A stretch of 64,000 bases of DNA from the NCBI RefSeq assembly GCF_036971445.1, contig NC_091475.1, forward strand, positions 137,826,001 to 137,890,000. The letters run 5' to 3'. A program made the position numbers and the translations under genes. This stretch comes from Narcine bancroftii (lineage: Eukaryota). The notes beneath the pieces were generated by a model, which saw only the letters and a program-made list of their open reading frames with translations, searched no databases and was not told where the DNA came from. Shown here one piece after another: positions 12,511 to 24,169 of the stretch (its first letter is position 1; each line of letters opens with the position of its first letter).

Positions 12511-12779
12511 GACTACTTCTTCCCCATCTGCCTTCATATTTCTGAGCAAACAATTAACCTATAGGCATTATCTCACTCTTTCACTTTTGCACTAGTTTAT
12601 TTTTTTTAAATCTTTCATTGACAGAATTGTCATTTTTAGTAATTTTGGTGCAAAACTTTGCATTTTGTGACTCATGTTCATGATTCTGATTTCTCTGCTG
12701 TTCTGGTTAAATTTATGGTGAAATAATGAAATGCAAAGGCAATATGTATTCATTACACACAGGAAGTTAGATGATGTAG

Positions 12780-13380
12780 AAATAAGAGAGAATAAAGGAA
12801 CTAATGATCGTGAAAGATGAGCTAATTAAAAACACTGAAGAGAAAGATTTAAAGAAATTCAGGTGACCGAAGCTCAACAATTCTCTGAAGAAGATGGTTG
12901 GTCTCGACAAGTTCTAAAGGAGATGGCTGCAGTAAATTGTAATGTTCTCCAAAACTTCTGTCAATTCAGTATAGTTTTAGCATATCAGAAGCTAATATTG
13001 TAACTTTTTTAAGATAGGGAAGAAATAAAATGGTGATTATTAGATCAAATCATGTGATTTCAGTTGGCAATATGTATTCAAATCTATCATTAAGAATATT
13101 TTAAGAAGCACTTCTGGCATGACCAGGCACCTTAACTATGGTTTAAGGAAAGACAACTCATGTTTGATAAAAGATACTTTTAGGATGAATAGAGGATTGG
13201 CTAAAGAAAAACTGAACAAGAACCAAAGGATCTTTTTTTTAGGCTGGTAGACCACACTGCATCAGTCAAGATTTCATCAAGATCCATGTTAGATCATCGA
13301 CTCTTCATATTTTACAACAATAATTGCAATCAAGAGGCAATATTTAATGTTACTAATGGCAACAACAATAAGATGCAAGG
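12780..13380 (+). mobile_element. Highly decayed CR1 ORF2 fragment
   Basis: gttctaaaggagatggctgcag (VLKEMA) and catcaagatccatgttagatc (decayed PQGSVLG). Confidence 0.4.
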
Positions 13381-15414
13381 ATATAAAAATTAAATTGGAT
13401 TTCACAATTTTTATTTCAGTAATGGTGTGTTACACTATATCCTTCCAAGAAATCTGGCAACCAATGATTTTCAAAAATGAAGACTTTTTTGTTTTTCAAA
13501 ACAAGACGCGATTCCTTTGATTTAATAATCTAGCCTGCATGATTATGTTTGTACACAACACAACACTATTTGTTTTAACTTCTGGTTGGATGCTACCTGA
13601 CACAATGACAATAAAGTTGATCCTGATCTAATGATTAAGAAGGTGTTAAGCATTATTGCATGCTGACTTCTGGCAAACAATTAGTCCTGTGATGAGAAAA
13701 TATCAGTAAGGTTGGGTCAGAATGAGGGGAGACAATGTTAAGCATGAATAAAGGCATGTGGTGTTTAGATACTTGGATAAAGAATGGAATGACTGGAGCC
13801 TCTGCCACAGAAACAGACGAACTACATTGAATAGGAAAGCGTGAGTGTACTAATAAAGGTATCTGTGAGCTGAAGACATTAGAGAAAAAACCCTTTGATC
13901 CATGCTCAACACTTACAAAAATTCAATTTTGAACTTATTAGAATGCCTGGGATGTGTGAGGCAAATATTCTAGTGAGGTGCGTAATATCGCACAATTCAT
14001 ATCTTTCAGTAGAAGATGTAATTTGTTTTGTCGAGCTAAAATCAAAAGTTGTAGCTCTAGTTCATAAAACATCTGATTCAATTCTTGGCTGTATATAAAT
14101 AGGTAATTTCTATGTTGATGACATCATGTGAATGGAATGTATAGAAAGATTGCCACTCACATCAATGAGAATCATGACAGGAAGTCATGAATTAATTTCG
14201 TGAGATGCCTGAAGATCACAGAAATGAGTATAAACACTAAAACATGCATAATGAGGTGGTGTTGGTGTATCTGTGCATTGTACTGTGGTGGTAACATTAA
14301 AGTCTTATTACACCTAGTTGGATTTTTTGGTATAATTTAGTTATAAATGTCTGATGCAAATCAATGCAATATTAACATGAGCCAGCAAAAGTAGGAAAGG
14401 AAATGTGGTATAATCAATGAATGTCACCTCCATGAAATGAGCTTTGCATGTGAAACAATTTTACATTTTGTTATGTGGAACAAATAGAGGTAAATAGGAT
14501 GACTTGGACTGATAGCTTCATCAGCTTGTTGGGCCAAAGGGCCTGTTTCTGTTCTGTATAGATTCATGAGTTTGACCTACCAAACAAAGAGCTAAGGATG
14601 GCACCTGGTGGTGTAGACTTTGAAACATTTTAATCACGTGTAATCACAGATCATCAAGGGTGACAAGTTTGACCAGAGGAAACCCTTGCATGGTCCAGCT
14701 GAACTATTGTCAAGAAGATGCAACTTGCATTTTTTTTTGATTGGGTGTTTTGGGATCATTTAGTGTGAATATTAATGAAATGATGTTCAAGAACTGGAGT
14801 CTTAACTTCAGGTGATTCTGAAGTGCTTTATATTGTCTTTGTCTACAATGTCAGTCATGTCATAGGAAGTGAATTTCACTGAAAATTTTTTCATCTGTGC
14901 TGCATGAAAGGCAAATAAGGTCAACAGAACCACTGAGTAGAATGGTCGTGAAAGGTACTTGGAGATGACAAGTTGATAATTATAATTGTCCAGTGAAGGT
15001 GACAAAAGATGTGGGCTCACATCACTCATTAATAGGTCATGATGTATGTGAATTGTTTAGTGCCATTGTTATTTGCAACACTAAGCAGGTGTATTCTAAG
15101 GAGGTTTTGTCAATACCATACCATACAAGGTCGTGGAGAGAAAGTGGTTACCATCAATAGCTAACTTTTGTGATCAATTGCAGAAAAATGCGAATACTAA
15201 TGACGAAATAACTGGATGAAGGCACTGCAACTGGATGATGATTCACACTGTTGCCATGTTTTTGGACTAGTGTAAGCAAATATTCACCAATGGTATTTTT
15301 GAGTATGAGGTTCACATCATTCATGGAATCAAGGCCATTCATCATTTAAATATTTTTTCAACAGCAAAATAGAAGCATTTTTTTAATATTAAACCCATTC
15401 TGTTCAATTGCACC

Positions 15415-15590
15415 CAAATCAATCTACAGACCCACCACCGCCCACCACCCCATACGTTTTGAAGGATGGGAGGAAATTGGAGCCCCTGGGGAAAGCCCAC
15501 ATAGACACAAGGAGAAAATTTGAAAAACTTCTTGCAGACGAGAAGTTGGGTGAACCTAGGTCACTGTAATAACATTGCCTTGCCACTCAA
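15415..15590 (-). mobile_element. V-SINE (HE1-like) fragment
   Basis: Reverse complement ttctccttgtgtctatgtgggctttccccaggggctccaatttcctcccatcc matches the conserved V-domain core (ttctccccgtgtctgcgtgggtttcctccgggtgctccggtttcctccca) as I recall it. Confidence 0.7.
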
Positions 15591-16049
15591 TTTTTATCCA
15601 TTTTGCTTGTCACTTATGCAAATCCAGGCACAAGACTATTTAATACAAAAGTGAGATTGGCTTCAAATAAAATGTAGCTTTATATTCCTCAAATTGTGAT
15701 GTTGTTTTGGCAATTGGCCCAGAGCTTGGATGGTTCTGAGAAACAAAAGAAAAATGTAGTTGCTAGAAATCTAAAATAAGAAAAGTTGTAGCCTCGCCTG
15801 CCATTTCTCAAGCATTTTCTGCCTTTGTATTATGGTCAGTTATCACTGTTATTACAATTCCACAGTAACACTTAGTAATCTTTATCTGTTATTTCTAGAA
15901 TATAAAGACCACAAAATTATTTGAGGTTTCTTTTTTTGTACCTTTGCTTATTTACTTCCAATCGCAATCACAAGCACACATTTGGTACAAGCTGGCCAAT
16001 TTAATAAACACTAGAGCTAGGCCACAGGTTAAAAAAATGTGACACTAAC

Positions 16050-16790
16050 TTCTGGCTGGCTACTGTGTGGATTATCAGCAGTAGTTAGGTGCTCCTGTTC
16101 TTTTAATTTTTTTTTTCTCTAATAATTCACCTTTAACTTTTCAACCAAGATGTTTTGTACTTTTCCCCTTTACTAATTAACATTGATGATTATTTCAAAA
16201 CAACTATAAGGAGTGCTAAAGCTAGAAAAAAATTGGAAAAAAGTAGATAGAGGCAGCTACACTGACTAGGGACTCTATTTCTGACCAGACACACACAGGA
16301 AATAACCAAAACAGAAAAAGAGAGTCAATTGGGAAATTAAATCTACACTCAAAGATTTTGCAGTCACCATCAGCAATTGATGAATGTCTGGGAGCTGTGG
16401 AGGAAGGCTTATGTGGACAAATTAGAGGTTCTTTGTTCTGAAATCTCTGCCAACAATTTCAAATTAGCTTTGAAAGTTGATGTGGAGAGCAGAAGCAGAC
16501 GTCAAAATATAGGAATCTTGGGCTTAACTGAAGGTACCCAAACTGGCCAACCCACCAACTTCTTTTCCAATCTACTCTTGGAAGTTATTGGTAAGGAGTT
16601 CTTTTCCACTATGCCTGAGCTTGACAGAGCACATCATTCCTTGATTCTCAAGCCAGCTTTAGGACACCATCCATGTTCCATTATTCTCCCATTTCACCAA
16701 TCTCAAGTAAAGGATCATGTAATTTGTGAGGCTCGTCAGAGAAGAAATCTTTACGATCTGGGAAAACAGCTTAGACTTGTGCCCTGAAGT
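16050..16790 (+). mobile_element. L1-clade LINE 5' fragment (ORF1 remnant)
   Basis: ORF 16377..16787 has DVESRSRRQNIGILGLTEG...ELDRAHHSL...PCSIILPFH, matching the L1 ORF1p motifs RSRRxNxRIxGxPE and ELDRAHR. Confidence 0.8.
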
Positions 16791-16801
16791 TGTGAATCTG
16801 T

Positions 16802-17746
16802 TGTGATGTAATGGGTTAATTAAATATTGTGATGTAATTGGTTGGTTGGCGGTTAGATTGCATGAATTTCACAGACAGCCTTGCAAAGTCAGAGCAGGTG
16901 CAATTAGAAGGTTCTGGGCTTTAGCAACATGTGCAAGCACACCCAAGAAACTGAAAAATTTGTAGAGAGCTGGGACCATGTGTTTTTTTTTGTAAAGCCT
17001 AGAAATTACAACATTTGCAAATTGAAACCAAAAAAGTAACTGTGTCTGGAGCATCAGGAAGGGAGGGGTAGAGAATGAGATGAAAGGAGTTAGCAGGAGG
17101 CAGACTGAGAAAAGACTGGACAGAAGAGGAGCTTGCTGAAAAATCTTTTTTAAGACTGGGCAGAGTTTGAATATGGTTGCCAGAGGATATTCTTTGTGGA
17201 AATCAGGAGTGGCGGCTAGTCTTCCCAGTATGGCGAAGAGGATAAGAACAAAGAAGAACCTGGAAAGAAGGCACATTTCTTCTGGAAGACACTCCTGTTT
17301 GGGACGTCTAACAAGCAACAACCATATCTCTGTCACCCTCCACAACTTGCCTGCCTGGTAATTCTAAGTAAAGCACTGAAGTTTGCTTGAATGTAATGAC
17401 TGTGATTCTGGGCACAGGATTGAAGATCACTGGAAAATGTAGCCTTGAAAATCTGGACAGTGGAAGATTCCCCAATAAAAAGTACTTTCTTGAAAACACA
17501 TTTCACACACTTGTGCTTCGATTAGGTTGGGGAAGGGCTTGTGTAAATAACTTTGTGTTGATAAGTTAAGGGTTGATCTTATTCTATACTCAGAGAATTA
17601 AACTAATTTTGTTGAAAGAACCATTGCTTTGGAGTATTTCTATTGCTACTAGTATATGGGGTTCATGGAACTCGTTACACTGTGCAGAGAATATAAATAT
17701 CTGTTATATCCAGCTTGCCTGCAGATTACATTTGATGATGGTCACA
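16802..17746. repeat. Candidate long solo LTR (unclassified)
   Basis: Begins where the L1 ORF1 breaks off. Termini TGTGAT...GTCACA form a near-perfect short inverted repeat. AATAAA at ~17474. No TSD found. Confidence 0.35.
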
Positions 17747-17841
17747 TTTTTGAATGAGTAGTTTTGAATAAGTCTCCTTCATTATTAATTCTCACATGAA
17801 CTATTATTTGATGTCTGCAATGAACTGGAATTCACTGGTAG

Positions 17842-19460
17842 TGTGATGTGCTGATGGCTGGCCCTACCCCCATCTGCCTAAACCCAGAATCCTTCTGAAG
17901 ACTACTGTTGAACCTTACCCATAGTTATAAGCTAATAAAAGCATTTGTTCTCCTTCTAGTCGTGAGATCTTTTATTCATGCTATAATTTTATTAGCTTAT
18001 TTCCTAACGATGGAAATGCTACTCAAGCCAGGTATGCTACTGATAGACCCTCTGTCCCCGACGTGGCTAAGGAGTTCACATACTGGTTAGACTGTTTCCA
18101 GGCCTACCTGAACGCGACCAGAGACATCTTCCACGTCCATGAATTCAGGAGATCCGCACTCATTTCGAGGGTAGGAACAAAAGGGTATGCAGTCATCAGG
18201 GACTGCTCTACGTATGACACTGCTACGATGCATTGAAGGTTAGGTACCTGAAATCGCAGAACAAGGACCTAGTGAGGCACCGACTCGCTCTATGTCGCCA
18301 GCGGCCAAGAGAGACCATCAGTTACTACTGCTGGATCTGTGGACACTTGCCAAGAAGTGCAGGTCTAAGCAGCTACGGGCAGTGTTTGTGAGGAAGAATA
18401 GATTTGGGGCAGTCTAGTCACAGGGGTCCACTTGAGATACAGGACTCAAATAGTTGTTGTTTCATGTAAGAAGGACCTGGCTAGCCACGTCAAGCTGGCG
18501 AAATCACGAACAGGCCAAGTTCGAAAACAACAACCTCTAAGCCAGCAAGCCCTTCCAAGGACCAGCTGCTCCTGCTACCCTAGCCCTAACAGCTGTTGCT
18601 TCCTGTGCTAATGAGTGCTTTTACTGTGGCAAGAGCCAGCATCCCCAATCTTGTTGCTCGGCAAAAGATTGTGTCCCAGCTGTGGCAAGAAAGGACATTG
18701 GGTGAGGGTTTGCCGCATGAGGAGAAGTCCATGGCCTGCAACGCTCCCAGATCAGATTCCATCCCCAAGTCATCTGCTTCGAATTCACCAAAACCCATTT
18801 ACTACATGACAGGCCAACAGAGGATGGCAGTGAGGAAACAGCACAAGGCTTGGTGGCCATCTTGCCACAACCTTAACTTAAACTCTGCACCGTCATCGGA
18901 GGAAGATGGAGGGCAGCCATTTTGCCACACAAGGTTCATGCTATCTTACCCATGCAGGGCAAGCCAGGATGGTGGGGGCCACTTGAATGAAGAACATGGA
19001 GTCTCTGGAGACCTAGCCTTGATGGTCCTAGATCAGAACAGACCTCACCAGTTCAGCAACGTGATAATGACTGTAAAGGTACATGGATATTCCACTAATT
19101 GCCTATACGACATGGGCTCAACTGAATGCTTCATGGGCGCATGAACTGTACAAAAATACAACCTGAAGATGTATCCTTCTAATTACTGCATTTTTCTTGT
19201 GTCTCATTCGCATTCTACGCATGTTCATTGCATAGTACATCTGTCGTTTGAAGGGGGAGTTCTGTAAATTTCACTTGTATATTTTTGATGAACTCTGTGC
19301 TCCAGTGTTGTTGGGTCTGGACTTCCTGTGTTCCTGTGTCACCTTAAAAGTGTGACCTTGGAGTATTCTGGTCCACTCCACACCACCCCCCCCCAACCCC
19401 ATAACTGTTGGGAACAGAGGGTCCCTCAAATCAAAACTCACATGCAGCCTCTCCACACTG
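17842..19460 (+). mobile_element. Gypsy LTR retrotransposon B, 3'-truncated (5' LTR, gag, protease)
   Basis: LTR-like segment ~17842-17985 (start uncertain). gag ATG at 18010 (MEMLLKPGMLLIDPLSP). Knuckle CPSCGKKGHWVRVC, protease CLYDMGSTECF, PVLLGLDF at ~19300. Homology ends before RT. Confidence 0.85.
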
Positions 19461-19809
19461 AATTTTATTTGCTTTTTTGCATGCAAGAATTAAGTTGAAT
19501 ATATTAATTTCACTTTATTTATTTACTGATTTTATAATTTATCAATAGTGCAAATAGTGTTATAGGTTTTTTTGCACTTCGTTCTTATATGACCGTGGGA
19601 AAATAAGGTTAACTAATAATAATTAATGCTGGAAACCTTAAAGTTAATCATGTACAAGTTTTGGATACTTGCTCTACCAAGCCTGGAAAGTTAAATGGGG
19701 AATGTATGTTAGACTCTATATTCTGTTTTTTTAAACTATTAATGGTTTAATTGGTTTTTGTATTATTTTAAATGCTCGTTTAGAAATGTTTATGAAATTA
19801 TTAGCCTAA

Positions 19810-20024
19810 TGTGGCGTCCTACCAGCGTGGCGATCAGGCCAGCACTCTGGGCAGCAAACCAAACCAAAGGCCAGCAGCCTACGCAGAGGCACTGGCCCAA
19901 ACAAGCAAACTGGCGGGTGAGGGGCAAGGGCAGAATGTACAAACACTCTTTACAGATAGCAACAGTTTCAAACCCAAGTCACTGGTGCTTTAATAGTTTT
20001 ATACAAACCGCTATTCTCACCACA
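19810..20024. repeat. Candidate solo LTR or small insertion
   Basis: GC-richer block with TGTGG...CCACA inverted termini in AT-rich flanks. No TSD seen. Confidence 0.3.
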
Positions 20025-20789
20025 CATTGGACATTTTTATTAAAGATGTTTTCACAGGAGGTTATAGACCATATTGGATCCAGAGATTTTTTTTATTCTA
20101 CAGACTAATTGGTAATCCCTTGGCCTCCAGCATAACAGAGGATGCAGAAGTGGGGTCAAGATGACCTCTGCCAGAATAAGATGACAGAGCAAAGCGGACT
20201 AGGAAGGCTGGAGTAGAAGTGGCATTTGTATCTTTCCAATAAAGGTCTCCAAGAGTTTGAAGTTCTCCAAAGATCTGTCATCTGTTGTAGATCATGATAA
20301 CCACACACTGGCCTACACACCTTTCTCTTTTAGGCTGCAAAATTGTAATGGGAGATGTACACTGACAGGAAATATAGGGTAAAAAATGTGCCCATAAGAC
20401 CTTTTCAGAAGTTCCTGTATGCTTTGAATAAAGTACATTTTTTTGTTGAATTTGACAAACCATGGAAACAGAACAAGTTAAAATTCCATGTTAATTTACA
20501 ATTACAAAGTAAAAGACTTGCTACTCCAAAACAAAATTATTGATGCACAGCAATAGCATCACATTGGCTGGCTGAACCTAGCAGATGGAGAGTTGCTATC
20601 TGGAGTGCATAGTCTATCCTGGATCAGGATACATTTTATCCATGTGGGAGAGAGGAATAGTTTATGATAAGCTAAAACTCAGTGCATTGGTGAACAGTTC
20701 CATCCAAGGATAGGCACCAGTTTCCTTAGTTGGTTGACAAAGGTGTCCATGGCATCACAGAATCCCTCACTGTGCAAAAATCTGAGCCC

Positions 20790-21325
20790 AGTGGTTCACC
20801 CATTAGCATTTTAGAAGGTCCAACTTGTTGGAGTATTGTGTTCAGTTCTGATCACCTCCTTTCATGAAGGTGATAGAAGCTTGAGAGGATGCAAAGGAGA
20901 TTATTCAGATTTTCTGAATTGGCAGGGATGTCTAGTGAAGAAACAGTTGATGGAGCGGAGGTTTTTCTTTGTAATGAAGGATGAGACATGATGAGAGGTT
21001 TGCAAGATTATGAGGAGAATAGATGGTGTAGACAACCATTACTTTCCTTCTTGGAGCAACAATAGCAAATAACAGAGGACATATTTTGAATGGGTGAAAG
21101 TTAGGGTTGCTATCAGATGAGCTATTATGCACAGACAAGGTGCCTGAAATGCATTGTTGAGGGCAATGGCATCTGGTACAATAGGGATATTTAAAAATAA
21201 TCTTGGCGACATAGATGTAACAAAAATAAAGGGTTATGAGTGTGATGTAGGGAAGGATTAGATTGCTGTGTAGGAGGTTTGCACAACATTATGGTCTGAA
21301 GGGCCTGTACTGCAATGTTTATATT
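20790..21325 (+). mobile_element. CR1 LINE 3' fragment
   Basis: ttggagtattgtgttcagttctgatcacct (LEYCVQF*SP) and a CR1-like tail ggtctgaagggcctgtactg. Confidence 0.75.
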
Positions 21326-22299
21326 ACAGGGTTCGTGTAGTCTTTTCCAAAATTAAATGCTTGATGCTCCTCACAAATAGATTACATATTAGTTATATTG
21401 GTGAGATCAGACATGGCAATATTGGCATCAAATCAAAATGCACACTGCAACTTTCCACTTGTGCAACACCTTGCAATGTGCTGTAAATGTGTAAAGAGAA
21501 AGGAACAAAGGTGTGACAGAAAATAATTGAAAATTTACTGTTTGCAACAGTTGATACTTTAAAGAACCAAAGAGCATTTTAAAATAATGATGCCAATACA
21601 AAATGATTCTAGTCATATAAATACAAGGTTGTCCTCGTGACAGGGACAGAGGTGAAGTTCACAAAGGACAAATCAAAGGAAATTGCGATTTAAAAAAAAT
21701 ACTAGTTTTGAATATTAAACTCAGCAGGACCAGATGGAATCCGAAAGTACTTCACTAAATAAGGGTAGAAATGGAGATGGCTGTTGGCTGACTTTTTTTT
21801 TCATGGCTTATTAAGTGCAAACCTATTAAACAAAATGTGGATAACACCAAATGTGTTCTGAAGTTTTATTCCAAAAAAGGTTGGAGGAAAGATCATGCCA
21901 TTGATGTGTAAATTTGGCAGAAGCAAACAAAACAACAACCTTGATAGAAGAAGTTCAAGTACATTTAATAAGAATTAAGGCCTTAAAATCAACTCACACT
22001 TATTATACATTTTGTCAATTCAGTTTCTTGGAGTGCCTTGAATTGATGAAAAAAATGTTAGATAATGAACTGTTGCTTTATCAACAATATCATGCTTTTA
22101 AACCAGTAACTATTGTCTGGTAATTTTTAACAGATGGAAAATAAATACATAAATCGTAACAGTTGAAGAACCCCACTAATAGGATGTGTAATTGCTCAGG
22201 GGATAGAGACACAAATTAAACAAATTTTCACCACATTTTACCAGAGATCTGAGATGTTGTGTTCTGGCTCCAAAGGCTGTCAAAACAAGTTGCAGAAAT

Positions 22300-22830
22300 T
22301 CAGAGACCATGAATCTACCTGTCCACATTTATGGTGCTGAAGTGGAAAGATTTGGTAAGTTCAAATTCTAGGGAGTAAACATCTCATTGACTTCACTTTA
22401 GACAAGCACATCAACATAACTGTCAAGAAGGCACATGATTTGCTCAAATTTTTTGAACAGAAATGTGACATACCTCAACTTCTAATGGTGCACTCTCGAA
22501 ACTGTACTTGACTGCATGGTATGGGAAATAGCACAAGATCGGAAGCTACAGAAGGTGGTGAATGCAACTCATTACATCATGCAAATGTCTCTGCTTTTTG
22601 GGACTCCATTTATGCTTCCTGCCTTGGAAAGGCAGCCAACATACTGAATAGACCTGTGGCAGCCTGGACAATCTTCTTTCTCCTTCCATTGGGGAGAAGG
22701 CTGAAGGTGGCAAAAAATGCTCATCAGCAAAGACCATTTAATTTTTGCACTTATAAGGTTCCTGAACAAACTCCCGTAACACTATCGTGCTACTCTTGCA
22801 TGGTGCTAATTGATATTTCTTTCCATTGTA
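22300..22830 (+). mobile_element. Rex1-type LINE 3' fragment; Gypsy C sits at its tail
   Basis: aagttcaaattctagggagtaaacatctc (FKFLGVNIS-like), gcatggtatggg (AWYG), aagctacagaaggtggtg (KLQKVV) and LPLGRRL. Confidence 0.7.
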
Positions 22831-22837
22831 ATCACTT

Positions 22838-23059
22838 TGTGGTGATATGATTATGTGCTTTGGCTGGCCCGCCCTCCAGGTGTTTCCCTGTCCTCGACTC
22901 CTCCCCGGTCCTGCCCGGACCATAAAGATAGAGTCCCCTCTCCTTCCCACTCATTTTCCTAGCCTGGACCTGGGCCAGCAGTCTCTAGTACAATAAAGCC
23001 TATCATTCCCCTCAGCCTTTTGTCTGTGTCATTATTGGGGCGACAGATAGCATCCAACA
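22838..23059 (+). repeat. 5' LTR of Gypsy C
   Basis: TG...CA termini, AATAAA at 22992-22997. Aligns to 27278-27479 with indels. Confidence 0.92.
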
Positions 23060-23092
23060 ATTTATTGTACTGGATTTTGGAGGTCTCCAGTA

Positions 23093-23900
23093 ATGGAGAA
23101 ATTGCTGCACCCAGAATGGCTGAAAGTAGACCCCCAAGTCCCAGGTGCATCAGTGATCTTCGAACAGTGGGTGAACTGCTTTAACAACTTCCTCAATGCT
23201 TCTGCTAAGGTGATCCACTCTGTCAAAAAGAAACTCAAGATCCTTCAGGCATGAGTCGGCCAGAGGGCCTTCCTGGCCATCCAAGGAAGCGCGATCTACA
23301 ATGAGGTGATGGCACACCTGTGTGCACTGTAAAAGCTGAAAGTGAACGTGGTTCTACTCCCATTACCTGCTGGTGTCCCGAAAACAACAGCCTGGTGAGT
23401 CCACTGAAGCGTTCATCCAGTCCCGGTCACACTGGGAAAGTAATGTCTTGGAGATCCCACAGCCACAATATCACTGACCCAGTGCATGGAAGAGCTGATC
23501 CGAGACGCCTGCAGGGAAGGGTTGAGGAAGGATTGAGGTCGGATTATATCCGACAATGACTCCTGGAGGAAGACCTGCTCCCACTCAAAAAGGCTAACAA
23601 CTTGATCAGGACTTTGGACTCGGCCCAGCGCCATGTGGTGTCAATCGCGGGAAGAAACGGGCCATCTACGCATGTTCCACCATGAGGGCAGTCGGCCTGG
23701 GACTCAGAGTCGGGTGTTACTGACCCAACCACAGCTGCAATAATGCCATTTGCATAGTCAAGTTGCAACTTCTGCAGGCAGGCCAGGCACACAAGACGCC
23801 TCTGCCCCGTGAGGGGAGCCACATGCTCAGACTGCGGGAATAAGGGCCATTACCAAAAGGTCTGCAGGTCCAGACCGCAGTCCGGGAGCAGCGTGGCTTG
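23093..23900 (+). pseudogene. gag: gag of Gypsy C
   Basis: ATG at 23093 (MEKLLHPEWL). GLRSDYIRQ*LLE. Knuckles CNFCRQARHTRRLCP and CSDCGNKGHYQKVC. Confidence 0.85.
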
Positions 23901-24169
23901 CATGTTAATGGAGCTTCCACCAGTGACTGCATGCGTATTGAGGGGAGTGTCATCTTTCCAGCCACCATTCCTAACCTCAGCACCTCGGCCTACCGCTCCG
24001 ATTACATAATTTCCAACCGCCACGACTCCACTTCCGCCTTCTCCTACATTGAAAGCTGCGTGATTAACATGGATGTTGCCATCTTGGCCGGGCCTCCCCA
24101 CTGATGACGACGAAGAAATGTCTGTCCAAGCATCAGTGATGCTGAACCAAGCCATCTCTCACCTGATCT

